DNA of 37,822 nucleotides from a virus (taxonomy: Duplodnaviria; Caudoviricetes): positions 1 to 37,822 of the IMG/VR virus record IMGVR_UViG_3300038379_000443. The stretch is one strand, 5' to 3'. The notes under the pieces were generated by a model. It did not search any database. It was not told the DNA's origin and saw only the letters and a program-made list of their open reading frames with translations. Shown in pieces: positions 14,110-23,593 of this stretch. Position 1 is the first letter of the stretch; each line of letters begins with the position of its first letter. The position numbers were made by a program, and so were the translations under genes.

Positions 14110-14649
14110 ATGAGTGAGGCGACGTACATTGGTGGACATCCGACAGCGTCAGAGCGGACCGATGGGATCCTGGTCGCCGTGGAAGATGGCGGGTTCGCGT
14201 TCATCCATGTGTCGTACGCAAACATGCTGCGCCGCGACGCCACGGTGATCCAAGTCGCCGGGACTGATCTGCTCGCCGCTTCCGTCGGCAGACCCGGTAG
14301 CTTGAAAGGGGCACTCGGTGGGATCCTCCCGGTCGGAGGTGATTTTGACGCCGGATTCGGCGTCATCTTCCGTGGGAAGACCGCTGTCGCTATTGCCGTG
14401 CGCGTCGACGGTGCGCGCCACCTCCTTGCGTTCTCGACAGAGGATGCGCAGAAAGCCGACGCGTTCTTGATGTCCGTGCAGCAGCGGCGCGCGGCTGCCG
14501 GGTTGGCGTCCCTCCTAACGATCGAGGGTGAAGGTGCGCACCACGCAGCGGCGGAGCAGGCGACGACGCTGTCTGACATCCGGGATCTGTTGCTTGGCCA
14601 GCAAGCGCTTCTCGAGCGGATCGCTGCGCGGATCGACCGATTGCCTTAG
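14110..14649 (+). CDS. Moron-like hypothetical protein, probably lysogen-expressed
   Basis: Plus strand, downstream of the repressor; YIGGHP start, Gly-rich hydrophobic middle, coiled-coil end. Confidence 0.7.
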   Translation: MSEATYIGGHPTASERTDGILVAVEDGGFAFIHVSYANMLRRDATVIQVAGTDLLAASVGRPGSLKGALGGILPVGGDFDAGFGVIFRGKTAVAIAVRVDGARHLLAFSTEDAQKADAFLMSVQQRRAAAGLASLLTIEGEGAHHAAAEQATTLSDIRDLLLGQQALLERIAARIDRLP

Positions 14650-14957
14650 TCCTGGGGGGTGTCGGCGACGACGAACGCGCCGGCGCCGGCGGCGGCGACG
14701 GCTCCGGTGCCCTTGTACTTGTAGGTGTGGGTGCCTTCCCGTGCCATGGGCCAGTCGAAGTGGAACAGGCCGACGGCGTCTTTCACCACGGGTGGCGTCG
14801 ACGCGGTCGGCCAGGTGAGCTGGACCTCGGCCTGGCCCGGCTCGGTGAACTCGACGACGATGGTGGTCGGGTCGGCGAGCTCATCTGCGGCGTTGTAGAA
14901 CTCGAGGTCGACGCGGCGGATGCCGCCGACGTACCCGAGGCCTGATCGTCCCATCAT
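14646..14957 (-). CDS. 103-aa Ig/BppU-like beta protein
   Basis: 3' part of ORF 14646..15989 from ATG 14957 (SD AGGAG); ADPTTIVVEFTEPG...GLFHFDW...GTHTYKYKGTG. Confidence 0.7.
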   Translation of the reverse strand: MMGRSGLGYVGGIRRVDLEFYNAADELADPTTIVVEFTEPGQAEVQLTWPTASTPPVVKDAVGLFHFDWPMAREGTHTYKYKGTGAVAAAGAGAFVVADTPQD

Positions 14958-16180
14958 TCGCTCCTCGTGTAGGTGTCGTAGAGGCTCCGGGAAGCTGTGT
15001 GTGTCCGGTGGAGGTTCCGTGTGTCCGACACGGTGCGAGGTTCCGCGGTGATCACGGTCGCGGCGGCGGGCCGGTTTCGGGATCGGGTGAGGGCGCGGTA
15101 GAGGTTCCGGGTGACGGTTCTGACGAACCCGCGAATTGTCCCGACCGGCGGCGGGGTGACGGCCTGAGCGGTGTCCGTCTCGATTGCGACGCCGACCGTG
15201 AAGGCCTTCCGTGCGACAGCGGCGAGGGCTTGATCGAGCTCGGAGGCCTGGCCTACCGCCCCGGTCTTCCTGGACGCGGCCGACTGGGCGGTGTCCGCTT
15301 CGCCGGCTGGCCCTGCTTGGCGTGCCTTGCGGGTGGTGACCGGCTGGCCGCTGTTCGTTTCCGCGGCTTGCCCTGCCGCGCGCGTCTTGCGGGCGGTCGC
15401 GGCTTGCGCGGCGTCTGTTTCGACGGCTTGCCCGACGAGGATGGTCTTGTTCCCGGAGGACGTGACGGCCTGGGCGGTGTCCGTCTCGACGGCCTGGCCG
15501 GTGAGGAGCCGTTTCGCACGCGCGACCGCGATCGCAACCTCGGTCGTGACGGCCAACCCGACCTGCCGTGCCTTCCGTGCGACAGCGGCGAGTGCCGTGT
15601 CCACCTCGACAGCCTGCCCGGCGGCCCAGGCCTTCCGGGACGTCACGCCCTGCGCCGTGTCCGTCTCCGCGGCTTGACCCACCAGCCTGGTCTTCCGACG
15701 GGTCACGCTCTGCGCGGTGTCCGTCTCGACAGACTGTCCTGCCGTCCGGGTCTTCCGGGACGTCACGCTCTGCGCGGTGTCCGTCTCCGCGGCTTGACCC
15801 ACCAGCCTGGTCTTCCGACGGGTGACGGCCTGAGCGGTGTCCGTCTCCACAGCCTGGCCGACCTGGACGACGATCTCCTGGACGAGCGGGAGGCCCGTGT
15901 CGGTCTCCGTTGCTTGCCCAACCGTCCTGGTCTTCCGGCGCGTGACGGATTGGGCGGATTCGGTGTCGACCGCGATCCCAACCGTCCACGCCTTCCGTGC
16001 TGTGACAGCGAGGGCGGTCTGCGTGTCGATCGCCATCCCCACCGTCCGGGTCTTCCGTCTGGTGGCCGCCTGAGCCGTGTTGGTCTCGAGGGCCTGGCCG
16101 ACCGCGACGATCTGCCCGGCGTCTGAGAGGAGGACCTTGAGGGCCCCCGGGTTGCGCAGCTGGATCGTGACGGTCGCCAC
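14954..16180 (-). CDS. Protein with about 16 tandem 20-aa repeats (VGQAVETDTAQAVTRRKTRx)
   Basis: Repeats are visible in the translation, and the DNA has a 60-bp period. Confidence 0.85.
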   Translation of the reverse strand: MATVTIQLRNPGALKVLLSDAGQIVAVGQALETNTAQAATRRKTRTVGMAIDTQTALAVTARKAWTVGIAVDTESAQSVTRRKTRTVGQATETDTGLPLVQEIVVQVGQAVETDTAQAVTRRKTRLVGQAAETDTAQSVTSRKTRTAGQSVETDTAQSVTRRKTRLVGQAAETDTAQGVTSRKAWAAGQAVEVDTALAAVARKARQVGLAVTTEVAIAVARAKRLLTGQAVETDTAQAVTSSGNKTILVGQAVETDAAQAATARKTRAAGQAAETNSGQPVTTRKARQAGPAGEADTAQSAASRKTGAVGQASELDQALAAVARKAFTVGVAIETDTAQAVTPPPVGTIRGFVRTVTRNLYRALTRSRNRPAAATVITAEPRTVSDTRNLHRTHTASRSLYDTYTRSE

Positions 16181-16189
16181 GCTATCCCC

Positions 16190-18124
16190 CTACGGGCTGC
16201 CGGATGGTGTGAAGTTCGGGGACCGTCCGACGTGAGTCGCGTCCTCCTGGATCTCCGCCGCGTATGTCAGGACGTTATCGTAGATGACGGTGTCGGTCAC
16301 ACCGTTCGCCCCGCTCGTGAACTGGTAGAGGCGCTCCCCTGTATCCGTCCGGAACACGTTAAGGACAAGGCCGGCGCCGTCCGCGTCGGCGTACCCGTCG
16401 ATGTCGAGGTCATCCGTCGTGAACTTGATCGAGTGGTGTGTGAGAAGCATGTAAGCCATCACCCACGATGCCTGCAGCGAGTCCATCCGGTACGTTCGGG
16501 TCGTCTCGAGGTCCATGCGGTTGGCGAGGTCGTTCGGATACCGGTCGAACTCGTGGGTCAGCAACCCGAACGCCTGCTGCACGCCGGCCTCGCTGTCGGA
16601 CCTGATGACACCGAGGAACGCGCTCGCCCACCCTGCGCCGACACCCTCCCCGGACGCGCGCTCCGCTGTTAACGACCATGCCTGCTGCAACGAGGACCCG
16701 AGGATGACGCCGAACGCCCGGAACCCCACGCTGTTAGTCCAATACTGGGTTTCCGGGATGACGGGAGCAGCGGCCGCGGCGCCGAGCCGGAACGCGCTAT
16801 CGGCCGCGTAGTCCAACCCGATCGACCAGATCGTCGTCTGGTTGTGGACCTTCGCCCCTGAGGCGCTCTTACCGGACGTGTAGTTCAGGATGAGGCACGC
16901 CTGCACGTTCGAATGGGGCTGCGTCGTGGATGCGCCGAACAGGTCGAGGGTGAACGTGTTCTCACCGCGGGCGAGCGTGAACCCCGCTCCCTGCGCCCCG
17001 CCGCTGTCGACGCGTTGCATCACATTGAACCCACCGCACGTCAATGTCCCTGCCGCCCCCGTGTACGCACGGGCGGTCTGCCCGCCGGCGGCGACGGACA
17101 GGTTCTGCGACGTGTCTATCGACCACGTCACATAGACGCCGGACTGGACGAGGGCGACCGTCGCCGGCTCCTCGACGAAGAACTTCACCTGCATCCGGGT
17201 CTTGTCCCCCGTAGCCGACGCCCCGAGCCACACCTCGTCGATCGGTGGAAGCGGAATCATCAGGCTGTTGAGGATCGACGTCGACGAGTCTTCTGAGTAC
17301 TCGTACGTCACGACGAGGGTGACGGTCAGGTGGTTGAACGTGAACCCCGCCGTCGACGACACAGCCGCCTTCAGATCGTGCGTCGCGTTCGTCGTCATGT
17401 CGGTCCGCTTCCAAATCCGGCGGTACCAACACGCGGAGTTGAGACCGTTCTCGTGGCTGAAGTCGGCGTCCGCACCCTCCGCGTCGAGGGCGAGGTTCAA
17501 GGTCGCGTCAGTCGTCCCGGCCGTCCCTTCGTTCCCCTCGACGATGAAGAAGATGTCTCGGAACGTCTTCGACGCCTCCGGGCAGAACGTCGAGAGGTTC
17601 GGGATCTGCGCGGACCCGACGGACACCAAGGATGTTGTTAGCGCCCCCGTATTCGATTCCAACGGGATCCGGACGGTCTTCACCATCGTGTCCTGCGACG
17701 CGTCGTCGAACTCGTACGTGATGATGAGGCGGACGGCGTGGTTCGCCGTCGAGAGGGCCCCGACGTTCAACCCGACCTGACAGGTTTGGGAACCGCCGGC
17801 ACCGAAGTTCGTGTTGAAGTAGCTGGTCACGTCTCGCGTGAAGATGAACGTCTGCTGCTCCCCGCTGTTCGTGACGGTGTCCGTCACGGTCGCGTCGTTG
17901 AACGCAGCGGCCCCGAGCTTGATGCCGATCAGGATCGACGTGAGGGACGTCGCGACGGTTTCCGTGCCGCGCATCGTCACCTCGACGATCACCGACCGGA
18001 ACGTCCGTGACGTCGCCTCCGGGATGTTCAAGGTGAGGGCCGCGAAGTCGAAGCGGGTCGCGGAGGCGAGCGACGCCTCGTTCTGCGGGAACGCGTACTC
18101 GACAGTGTTCAGGCGCTGCGCCAT
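16190..18124 (-). CDS. Large beta-rich putative virion or fibre protein
   Basis: 644 aa, rich in Thr/Ser/Gly/Ala, in the late operon. Confidence 0.7.
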   Translation of the reverse strand: MAQRLNTVEYAFPQNEASLASATRFDFAALTLNIPEATSRTFRSVIVEVTMRGTETVATSLTSILIGIKLGAAAFNDATVTDTVTNSGEQQTFIFTRDVTSYFNTNFGAGGSQTCQVGLNVGALSTANHAVRLIITYEFDDASQDTMVKTVRIPLESNTGALTTSLVSVGSAQIPNLSTFCPEASKTFRDIFFIVEGNEGTAGTTDATLNLALDAEGADADFSHENGLNSACWYRRIWKRTDMTTNATHDLKAAVSSTAGFTFNHLTVTLVVTYEYSEDSSTSILNSLMIPLPPIDEVWLGASATGDKTRMQVKFFVEEPATVALVQSGVYVTWSIDTSQNLSVAAGGQTARAYTGAAGTLTCGGFNVMQRVDSGGAQGAGFTLARGENTFTLDLFGASTTQPHSNVQACLILNYTSGKSASGAKVHNQTTIWSIGLDYAADSAFRLGAAAAAPVIPETQYWTNSVGFRAFGVILGSSLQQAWSLTAERASGEGVGAGWASAFLGVIRSDSEAGVQQAFGLLTHEFDRYPNDLANRMDLETTRTYRMDSLQASWVMAYMLLTHHSIKFTTDDLDIDGYADADGAGLVLNVFRTDTGERLYQFTSGANGVTDTVIYDNVLTYAAEIQEDATHVGRSPNFTPSGSP

Positions 18125-19297
18125 CTACGGCGACTGATTCCCGCTATAAGAGAGCCCGGGCTGGCCTTGGAACGCCGCCGGGAAGTCCGCCGTGTTGCCG
18201 CGGACGACATTGCCGCCAACGGACGGGAGGCCGCAACACGACCCGACTGCACGTGCGGGGGAGACGCCGCCGACACCGCCCATCGGGGCGCGGAACGTGT
18301 TCCCCTCCACGACGGTGCCTTGGACGTCGGATCCGATGATGATCCCGGCGCGGAACGGGACGGCCTCGACAACGTTACCCTGGATCAGGGTGTCCCGGGC
18401 GAAGGGGTAGACCTGGATTCCGTACCCGTTTGCCTGGTCGCGGACGGTGCAGCCCCGGACGACGTGACCGGTGCCCTCAAGGTAGAGGCCGTGGTCCTGC
18501 TGGACGGGGCCGGACCCGCCGTTGTCGGCGACGAGGCAGTCCTGGAAGGTGTACCGCGCGGTCCTCCGGTCGAGGAACACGCCCTGACGTTCGGAGTCGC
18601 GGATCTCGACGCCGTCGAACACGATGTCGTGTGATGATCCCTGCCCGTAGACGTTAGTGGTGCTCGCACCCGTGGCACCCCGGATCGTGAAGTCCTGGAA
18701 CACCCACCACGCCGCCGACCCTGCGACGTTGAACGGCGTCCCGCCCTCCGAGAAGACGGCGGCCTCACCGGGGTATTCGGCGATAGTGATCGGCGCGGCC
18801 TGTGTGCCTGCCCGTGAGACCGTGACGGTGCCGCTGTAGGTCCCTCCGCGCAGAGCGACGACCTGCCCGGCGGTCGCAGTCGCGACGGCTTTCTGGATCG
18901 TCCTCCACGGCCTGTCGATCGTCCCAGGCGACGTGTCATCCCCGGATGGGCTGACGTAACGGTCCGCCACGAACACAGGCGGTGGGTCAGTCGGTGTCGT
19001 GTCCGTCGGCGTTGGAGGTGGCGGTTGCATCACCAGCGTCGCCGCGTCGAGTCGTCCGACGGCGATGTCTGCACGACCGGCGATCGCCAACGCCGCCGCG
19101 TTCTTCGGAGACCCCGCGACGTGGTAGCCGGCGACGACGACGGCGCGGTTGCGAATCGCCCCGAGGTCCCGCCGCAGATCCGCCTCAAGGGCGACGTCGA
19201 TGACCCTGTCGTCCCCCGGTTCGGTGACGACGACACCGACGACCGTCCCCACTGCGACGACACCGACGACCGCGGCGATGAGCTGCGCCCGGGTCAT
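18125..19297 (-). CDS. Right-handed beta-helix (pectate lyase/DUF1565-like) protein with N-terminal signal anchor
   Basis: YVSPSGDDTSPGTIDRPWRTIQKA, LRGGTY, PITIAEYPGE, DHGLYLEG; TM segment and Pro/Thr linker. Confidence 0.85.
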   Translation of the reverse strand: MTRAQLIAAVVGVVAVGTVVGVVVTEPGDDRVIDVALEADLRRDLGAIRNRAVVVAGYHVAGSPKNAAALAIAGRADIAVGRLDAATLVMQPPPPTPTDTTPTDPPPVFVADRYVSPSGDDTSPGTIDRPWRTIQKAVATATAGQVVALRGGTYSGTVTVSRAGTQAAPITIAEYPGEAAVFSEGGTPFNVAGSAAWWVFQDFTIRGATGASTTNVYGQGSSHDIVFDGVEIRDSERQGVFLDRRTARYTFQDCLVADNGGSGPVQQDHGLYLEGTGHVVRGCTVRDQANGYGIQVYPFARDTLIQGNVVEAVPFRAGIIIGSDVQGTVVEGNTFRAPMGGVGGVSPARAVGSCCGLPSVGGNVVRGNTADFPAAFQGQPGLSYSGNQSP

Positions 19298-19770
19298 GTC
19301 GCTGCCCGGTAGAAGCCGTTCGCCCCGACCTGCTGCGTTATGTCCGACCCGTCAGGGGTGACGACGAAGTCGAGGAGGACGCTGGGGAGGATGTTCGCGT
19401 CGGTCCCCGCGGTCGAGTCGGAGTCGTACCCGTAGACGGCGCGTGACCACCCGTCACCTGCGGCGACACCCGTCTTCGTGATGTCGGGGCCGTCGACGTC
19501 GGTGCGGTGGTTCGTGTCGTCGTACGTGACGGTCAACCCACCGGCCTGGTCAAACGTCGACCGGCTATACCCGGAGTTGGTGACCTCGTTCGTCGTCCCC
19601 GAGACGAGGTCGGAGAACGAGTCCTTCTGCCGGAGCGTGTTGTCCGCTTCGAGGCCAGATGTCGCGAGGACCATCCAGACGAGGACGGCGTTCGTCGGGT
19701 CGTTCGCGTTGACGCGCTCGGTGAACTCGGTGAACCGTCCGGCGCTGCGCGTGAATACGAGGTTCGCCAT
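19294..19770 (-). CDS. Conserved small virion structural protein (putative fibre subunit)
   Basis: TNEVTNSGYSR...TPDGSDIT motifs recalled from phage structural proteins. Confidence 0.65.
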   Translation of the reverse strand: MANLVFTRSAGRFTEFTERVNANDPTNAVLVWMVLATSGLEADNTLRQKDSFSDLVSGTTNEVTNSGYSRSTFDQAGGLTVTYDDTNHRTDVDGPDITKTGVAAGDGWSRAVYGYDSDSTAGTDANILPSVLLDFVVTPDGSDITQQVGANGFYRAAT

Positions 19771-19773
19771 CGG

Positions 19774-20265
19774 TCAGTCCTCCAGGGTCGCGAGGTAGTA
19801 GTTGCGGACCTCGGCGCCCGGGTCGCCGGCGCGGTCCTCACCAGGGGGGCCGTCGTGCCACTTGTCCGGGTTCTCCGTCACCACGTACCGGGCGGGCCCG
19901 GTTATGAACCCGAGGACGATCGCGTCGACGTGCCGGCGGACATGCGGGATCCCCTTCTCTGGGTCGACGCGCCACGGGTCGTGCTCCGGGCCGCCGGGCC
20001 TCGTGACGATGCGGGACCCCTCCACCGTGATCCACCCGTCCCGGATCCCGAGCTCCACGAACGACGTCGGGATGACCGCGTGCTTCGGCAGGTCGCCTTC
20101 TGGGACGACGCCGAGGAGCGGCCACCCCTCGCGCAGGCCGTTCGCCGGGTTCAGGAGGTACTTCTCTCCCGTCTCCGGGTCCCAACGCTCGAGGCGCTCA
20201 CCCGTTGACTTGTCCGCAAGCTTCCGGATCCTGAGGCCCAGGTGCATAACAGTCGCCTTGCCCAT
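19774..20265 (-). CDS. Hypothetical protein
   Basis: 3' part of ORF 19774..20520 from MGKATVMHLG; coupled to the holin stop. Confidence 0.7.
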   Translation of the reverse strand: MGKATVMHLGLRIRKLADKSTGERLERWDPETGEKYLLNPANGLREGWPLLGVVPEGDLPKHAVIPTSFVELGIRDGWITVEGSRIVTRPGGPEHDPWRVDPEKGIPHVRRHVDAIVLGFITGPARYVVTENPDKWHDGPPGEDRAGDPGAEVRNYYLATLED

Positions 20266-20747
20266 CACGAACCACCCCCAGCTGCGATCCGGTCGTGCTC
20301 GGCGAGCTCGTCCGCGTCGATCGCGGCGGGTAGGACGCCGTCGCCCGGGATCGGTGACGCCGCGTTTCGCTTCTGGTAGCCGAACACGGCGGCGAACAAT
20401 GTCGCGATCGCGCCTTGCACGAGGACCTGGTCGTCGAGCGGCCACGCGGCGACGTCGTCCCACGCGAGCGTCACGGCGATCCACACCGTCGACCCGAGCG
20501 CCGCGCCGAACGTCCCCCACGACACCTTCTCGTCGATCCCGACGAGGGGGTACAGCTCGTTCGGCAGCCAGTAGCCGAGGCCGAACGTCGCGAGGACGGA
20601 GAGCGCCGCGACGAGCGCGAGGACCGTTGCTTCAGGTGGCTGCCAACCGTACGTCTCGAACAGCTTCGACGTGACGAACATCAGGATGAGGCTGATGAAC
20701 CCGCCGCCGGCGACACCGGCGGCCTTCTGATCGATGCGGGTACCCAT
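20265..20747 (-). CDS. Holin-like protein, four TM segments
   Basis: Four hydrophobic helices; SD AAAGGAG; directly after the endolysin. Confidence 0.75.
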   Translation of the reverse strand: MGTRIDQKAAGVAGGGFISLILMFVTSKLFETYGWQPPEATVLALVAALSVLATFGLGYWLPNELYPLVGIDEKVSWGTFGAALGSTVWIAVTLAWDDVAAWPLDDQVLVQGAIATLFAAVFGYQKRNAASPIPGDGVLPAAIDADELAEHDRIAAGGGS

Positions 20748-20760
20748 GAGGGCTCCTTTG

Positions 20761-21579
20761 TTATCGGTGGGACAGGACCCACGGGGTGAGGACAGGGCCG
20801 GGGCACGACGTCGCCGACCACTCCAGGTGGCCGGTGCGCCGCCCCCACTTCTTCACGCGCCGCAGCTCCTGCAGGGTGCGAAGCTGCGCGTCGGTCGGGC
20901 GTGGCGTCCCGGTGCCGCACAGGACTAGGACCCCCGGTTGTGCGTTCGCGACGTTGTGGCCGGAGTGGGCGCCGCGGACGTTGTCGCCGCGGCCCTCAAG
21001 GACCGTGCACAACCGGTCCCCCGACCCGTCACGCAGGATCGCGAAGTTGTAGCCGAGGTCCGCCCACCCCAACGTGAACCGGTGGTAGCGGGCGAAACCG
21101 ACGCACTGCGCGACACCCGCCGCCCTGGTCTCCGCGGCGGTGCCGGGGCCGAACCAGTGCACGACGTGCCCAATTCCCGCGTAGTGGCTGACGACGCTCC
21201 GCCCCGCAGGCGGGAACGGGAGCCACACGTCGCGCTCCACGATCTCGAGGCGCGGCCGGATGAGCACCTGATGGACGAGCGGGATCGGCGTCGGGTTCGG
21301 CTTCCCCACGCGTTCACGGCGGCGGCGGAGCCACGCCTGGTCGCGGCGGCGGCGGCCGAGGAGTACTTCGAGCTCCGCGGGGGCGACGGCGCCGCGGTGG
21401 TAGTACGCGCCGTCACGCCACTGCCATTGCGCGACCACAGAGGCGCTCTCCGGCCCGTACACGCCGTCCTGCTCGATCCCGGTGTTGCGCAGGGCGTGCT
21501 GCACGGCGCGCACCAACGGGCCTGTGGTGTACGGGTCGGTGAGGCGCAGCGGCTGCGCGGGGATCTTCACGACGGCCAT
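20761..21579 (-). CDS. Endolysin: peptidoglycan-binding domain + N-acetylmuramoyl-L-alanine amidase (Amidase_2)
   Basis: VQHAL...DGVYGPES...WQ; VVHW, GWADLGYNF, EGRG, GAH, GH...TSCPG; SD GGGAGG plus ATG 21579. Confidence 0.9.
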   Translation of the reverse strand: MAVVKIPAQPLRLTDPYTTGPLVRAVQHALRNTGIEQDGVYGPESASVVAQWQWRDGAYYHRGAVAPAELEVLLGRRRRDQAWLRRRRERVGKPNPTPIPLVHQVLIRPRLEIVERDVWLPFPPAGRSVVSHYAGIGHVVHWFGPGTAAETRAAGVAQCVGFARYHRFTLGWADLGYNFAILRDGSGDRLCTVLEGRGDNVRGAHSGHNVANAQPGVLVLCGTGTPRPTDAQLRTLQELRRVKKWGRRTGHLEWSATSCPGPVLTPWVLSHR

Positions 21580-21626
21580 GGCTGGTCCTCCCGCTCGTCG
21601 GGTGTTGTGTGCATCTGTCGGTCCTC

Positions 21627-21995
21627 CTATCCGGCGAAGTGGTTGATCACGGCGCCGACCACGCCGGCGACAACTGTGCTCAAGACGTAAAAGACGGGGC
21701 GGGCGATAAGGCGCCGCGCCCACGACTTGCGATCGCGGTCCTCCTCCAGTACCTCGACGCGGCTGTTGGTGTCCCGGATCTCTCCGTCGTGGCGGGTGAC
21801 CTTCCCGTTCGTGAAGTCGAGCTTGTCCTCGACGCGCGTCAATCGTTGGAGGACCTCGTTGTCGCGGACGGCGCGCTCATCGCGCGCGCGGGCGCGTTCC
21901 GTGTCCATCCGGTCGAGGCGCCCGTTCACGTCCTGGACGTCCTTCCGGACCTCGTGGATCGCGTCGAGGACGAGGTGCATCACTTCCTCCGTCAC
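21627..21995 (-). CDS. Coiled-coil protein with C-terminal TM (lysis-associated)
   Basis: From GTG 21995; RLTRVEDKLD...RVEVLE heptads, then VFYVLSTVVAGVVGAVI. Confidence 0.7.
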   Translation of the reverse strand: MTEEVMHLVLDAIHEVRKDVQDVNGRLDRMDTERARARDERAVRDNEVLQRLTRVEDKLDFTNGKVTRHDGEIRDTNSRVEVLEEDRDRKSWARRLIARPVFYVLSTVVAGVVGAVINHFAG

Positions 21996-23590
21996 CCTGC
22001 CCCCTGGATCACCGCGAGGCGGGACAGTAGGCCTTCGAATGACCCGGTGTCGTTGTCGAGTTGGACTTGCGCGGACTCCTGGTCGGCGTTGTACGTGACG
22101 TTCACGATCGTCCCGACGCGGGCGACGGCACCGGTTTGAGGGTCGACGCGGTCCGTCAACGCGATCCGCTCTCCCGTGTGTGTGAGCAGCTCCGACGGGT
22201 GGACCTCGGCGCCACTGTCCGCTCGGCGTACGTCCCCCTTGGTGACGGTGATCGACCCGGCGAGCGGCGCCGTGGCATGCCGGGCGAGCCACACATCCCC
22301 GATCTGCTCCGCGGCCGCGGCGGTGAGGGCGGCGTTCACGGTGAGGCGGTGCGATCGGGTGAATCCTTGGCGGGTGAGGATGCTCGACTCGGATGTGCGC
22401 GCCACGACGGCGCGCTCACTATCCGGGCCGGTGTATTCGACGAGGACGCGGTTGTACAGGTCGTCGAGGTTCCCGAGGCTCGCGTCGTCAAACGACCCGC
22501 CCGACCACGACCCCGTGTCGAACAACGGCGCGGTCGGGCGCTGACGGAAGAACAACCGGCGTTCCGCGTCGACGCCCAGGAGGTAGTCGTGGAAAGCGTT
22601 CGCGGCGGTGAGGATCTCCCCGGGGGTTCGGTACCCGTCCGGCCAGAAGTCCGGGATCGCGAACGCTGTGGCGTCGATTTTCACGGTCGACGGGTCGAGG
22701 AGCGGCAGCCCGCCAGACGTCAGGACATCCTTCACGATGTCGCTCGCTTTGAGGATCGATGCGTTCCCGGACTCGTCGCGGGTTTGAGTGAAGATCTTGC
22801 AGCTCGCGATGTGGACGAGGTGGTCGCCTCCGCTCAACCCGAGGGGAGCTCCGTCATCACGGTAGAAGAACAGGCTGACGTACCGGTACCCCGTGCTGAA
22901 CGTCCCCGCGCTCGCCGTCAAAGCTGAATACGCGGCGATCGTCTCATGTCCAATACTGATGCCGTCGGAGAAGGATCCTCCTAGCGCGTTCGGTGTGCTG
23001 TGCGACCGGGCGTACAACTGGAACGCTGCGTTCCCGTTGATCTGCCCCCACTGCACGACGACGCGTCTCGCCACTCGGTTCGGACCGAGGTCCAACGTCA
23101 CCCCGGACGCATACCCGTTCGCGGACCCTGCGTTGTACGGGAGCCCCAGCACATGTGTTCCGCCACTCCCGGTCGGCGCCCAATCCGGGACGAAGTTCCC
23201 GAGCTGCACGCTCTGGAATGTGCGCTGGTCCCGCCAGTCGCTGAGGCGCGTGTGGACCCACCCCCGGTCGATCTGGTCGTCGTCGAGGTGGGCGCGCCAC
23301 CCTTCGCACTGCACGGTGATCTGCTCACTCGACCCCTTCCCGCTGGAGGGAGTCTGCTTGGTCCGTCCGCCCCACACGACCTTCCCGTCGACCTCCACCT
23401 CGACTTGGTTGCCGGCGGTGAGGTCTCCCCACGGCACATCCTTCGGGCGTTTCAGCACGAACCCGCAGGAGGATGGGCCGCGCTCATCCGCCGACAACGT
23501 CAGGTTCTCAGCGACAACACCGCGGGCTTCACCGGTACCGATCGTGGCCCATTCCCCGTCGGGGTTCCGGATCCTGACGGTCGCGTCCAC
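21992..23590 (-). CDS. Minor tail protein / baseplate hub-like
   Basis: Follows Dit; VVWGGR...ITVQCEGW, YNRVLV and AEQIGDVWL hub-like pattern. Confidence 0.72.
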   Translation of the reverse strand: MDATVRIRNPDGEWATIGTGEARGVVAENLTLSADERGPSSCGFVLKRPKDVPWGDLTAGNQVEVEVDGKVVWGGRTKQTPSSGKGSSEQITVQCEGWRAHLDDDQIDRGWVHTRLSDWRDQRTFQSVQLGNFVPDWAPTGSGGTHVLGLPYNAGSANGYASGVTLDLGPNRVARRVVVQWGQINGNAAFQLYARSHSTPNALGGSFSDGISIGHETIAAYSALTASAGTFSTGYRYVSLFFYRDDGAPLGLSGGDHLVHIASCKIFTQTRDESGNASILKASDIVKDVLTSGGLPLLDPSTVKIDATAFAIPDFWPDGYRTPGEILTAANAFHDYLLGVDAERRLFFRQRPTAPLFDTGSWSGGSFDDASLGNLDDLYNRVLVEYTGPDSERAVVARTSESSILTRQGFTRSHRLTVNAALTAAAAEQIGDVWLARHATAPLAGSITVTKGDVRRADSGAEVHPSELLTHTGERIALTDRVDPQTGAVARVGTIVNVTYNADQESAQVQLDNDTGSFEGLLSRLAVIQGAG

Positions 23591-23593
23591 GCG

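Noticed and set aside
14958-15989. Arg-rich 5' part of ORF 14646..15989, and similar upstream extensions of ORFs ending at 19774, 20761, 21627, 29989, 33685 and 34556
   Set aside because: Alternate-frame read-through of the upstream gene; the true starts have SDs or stop/start overlaps further down.
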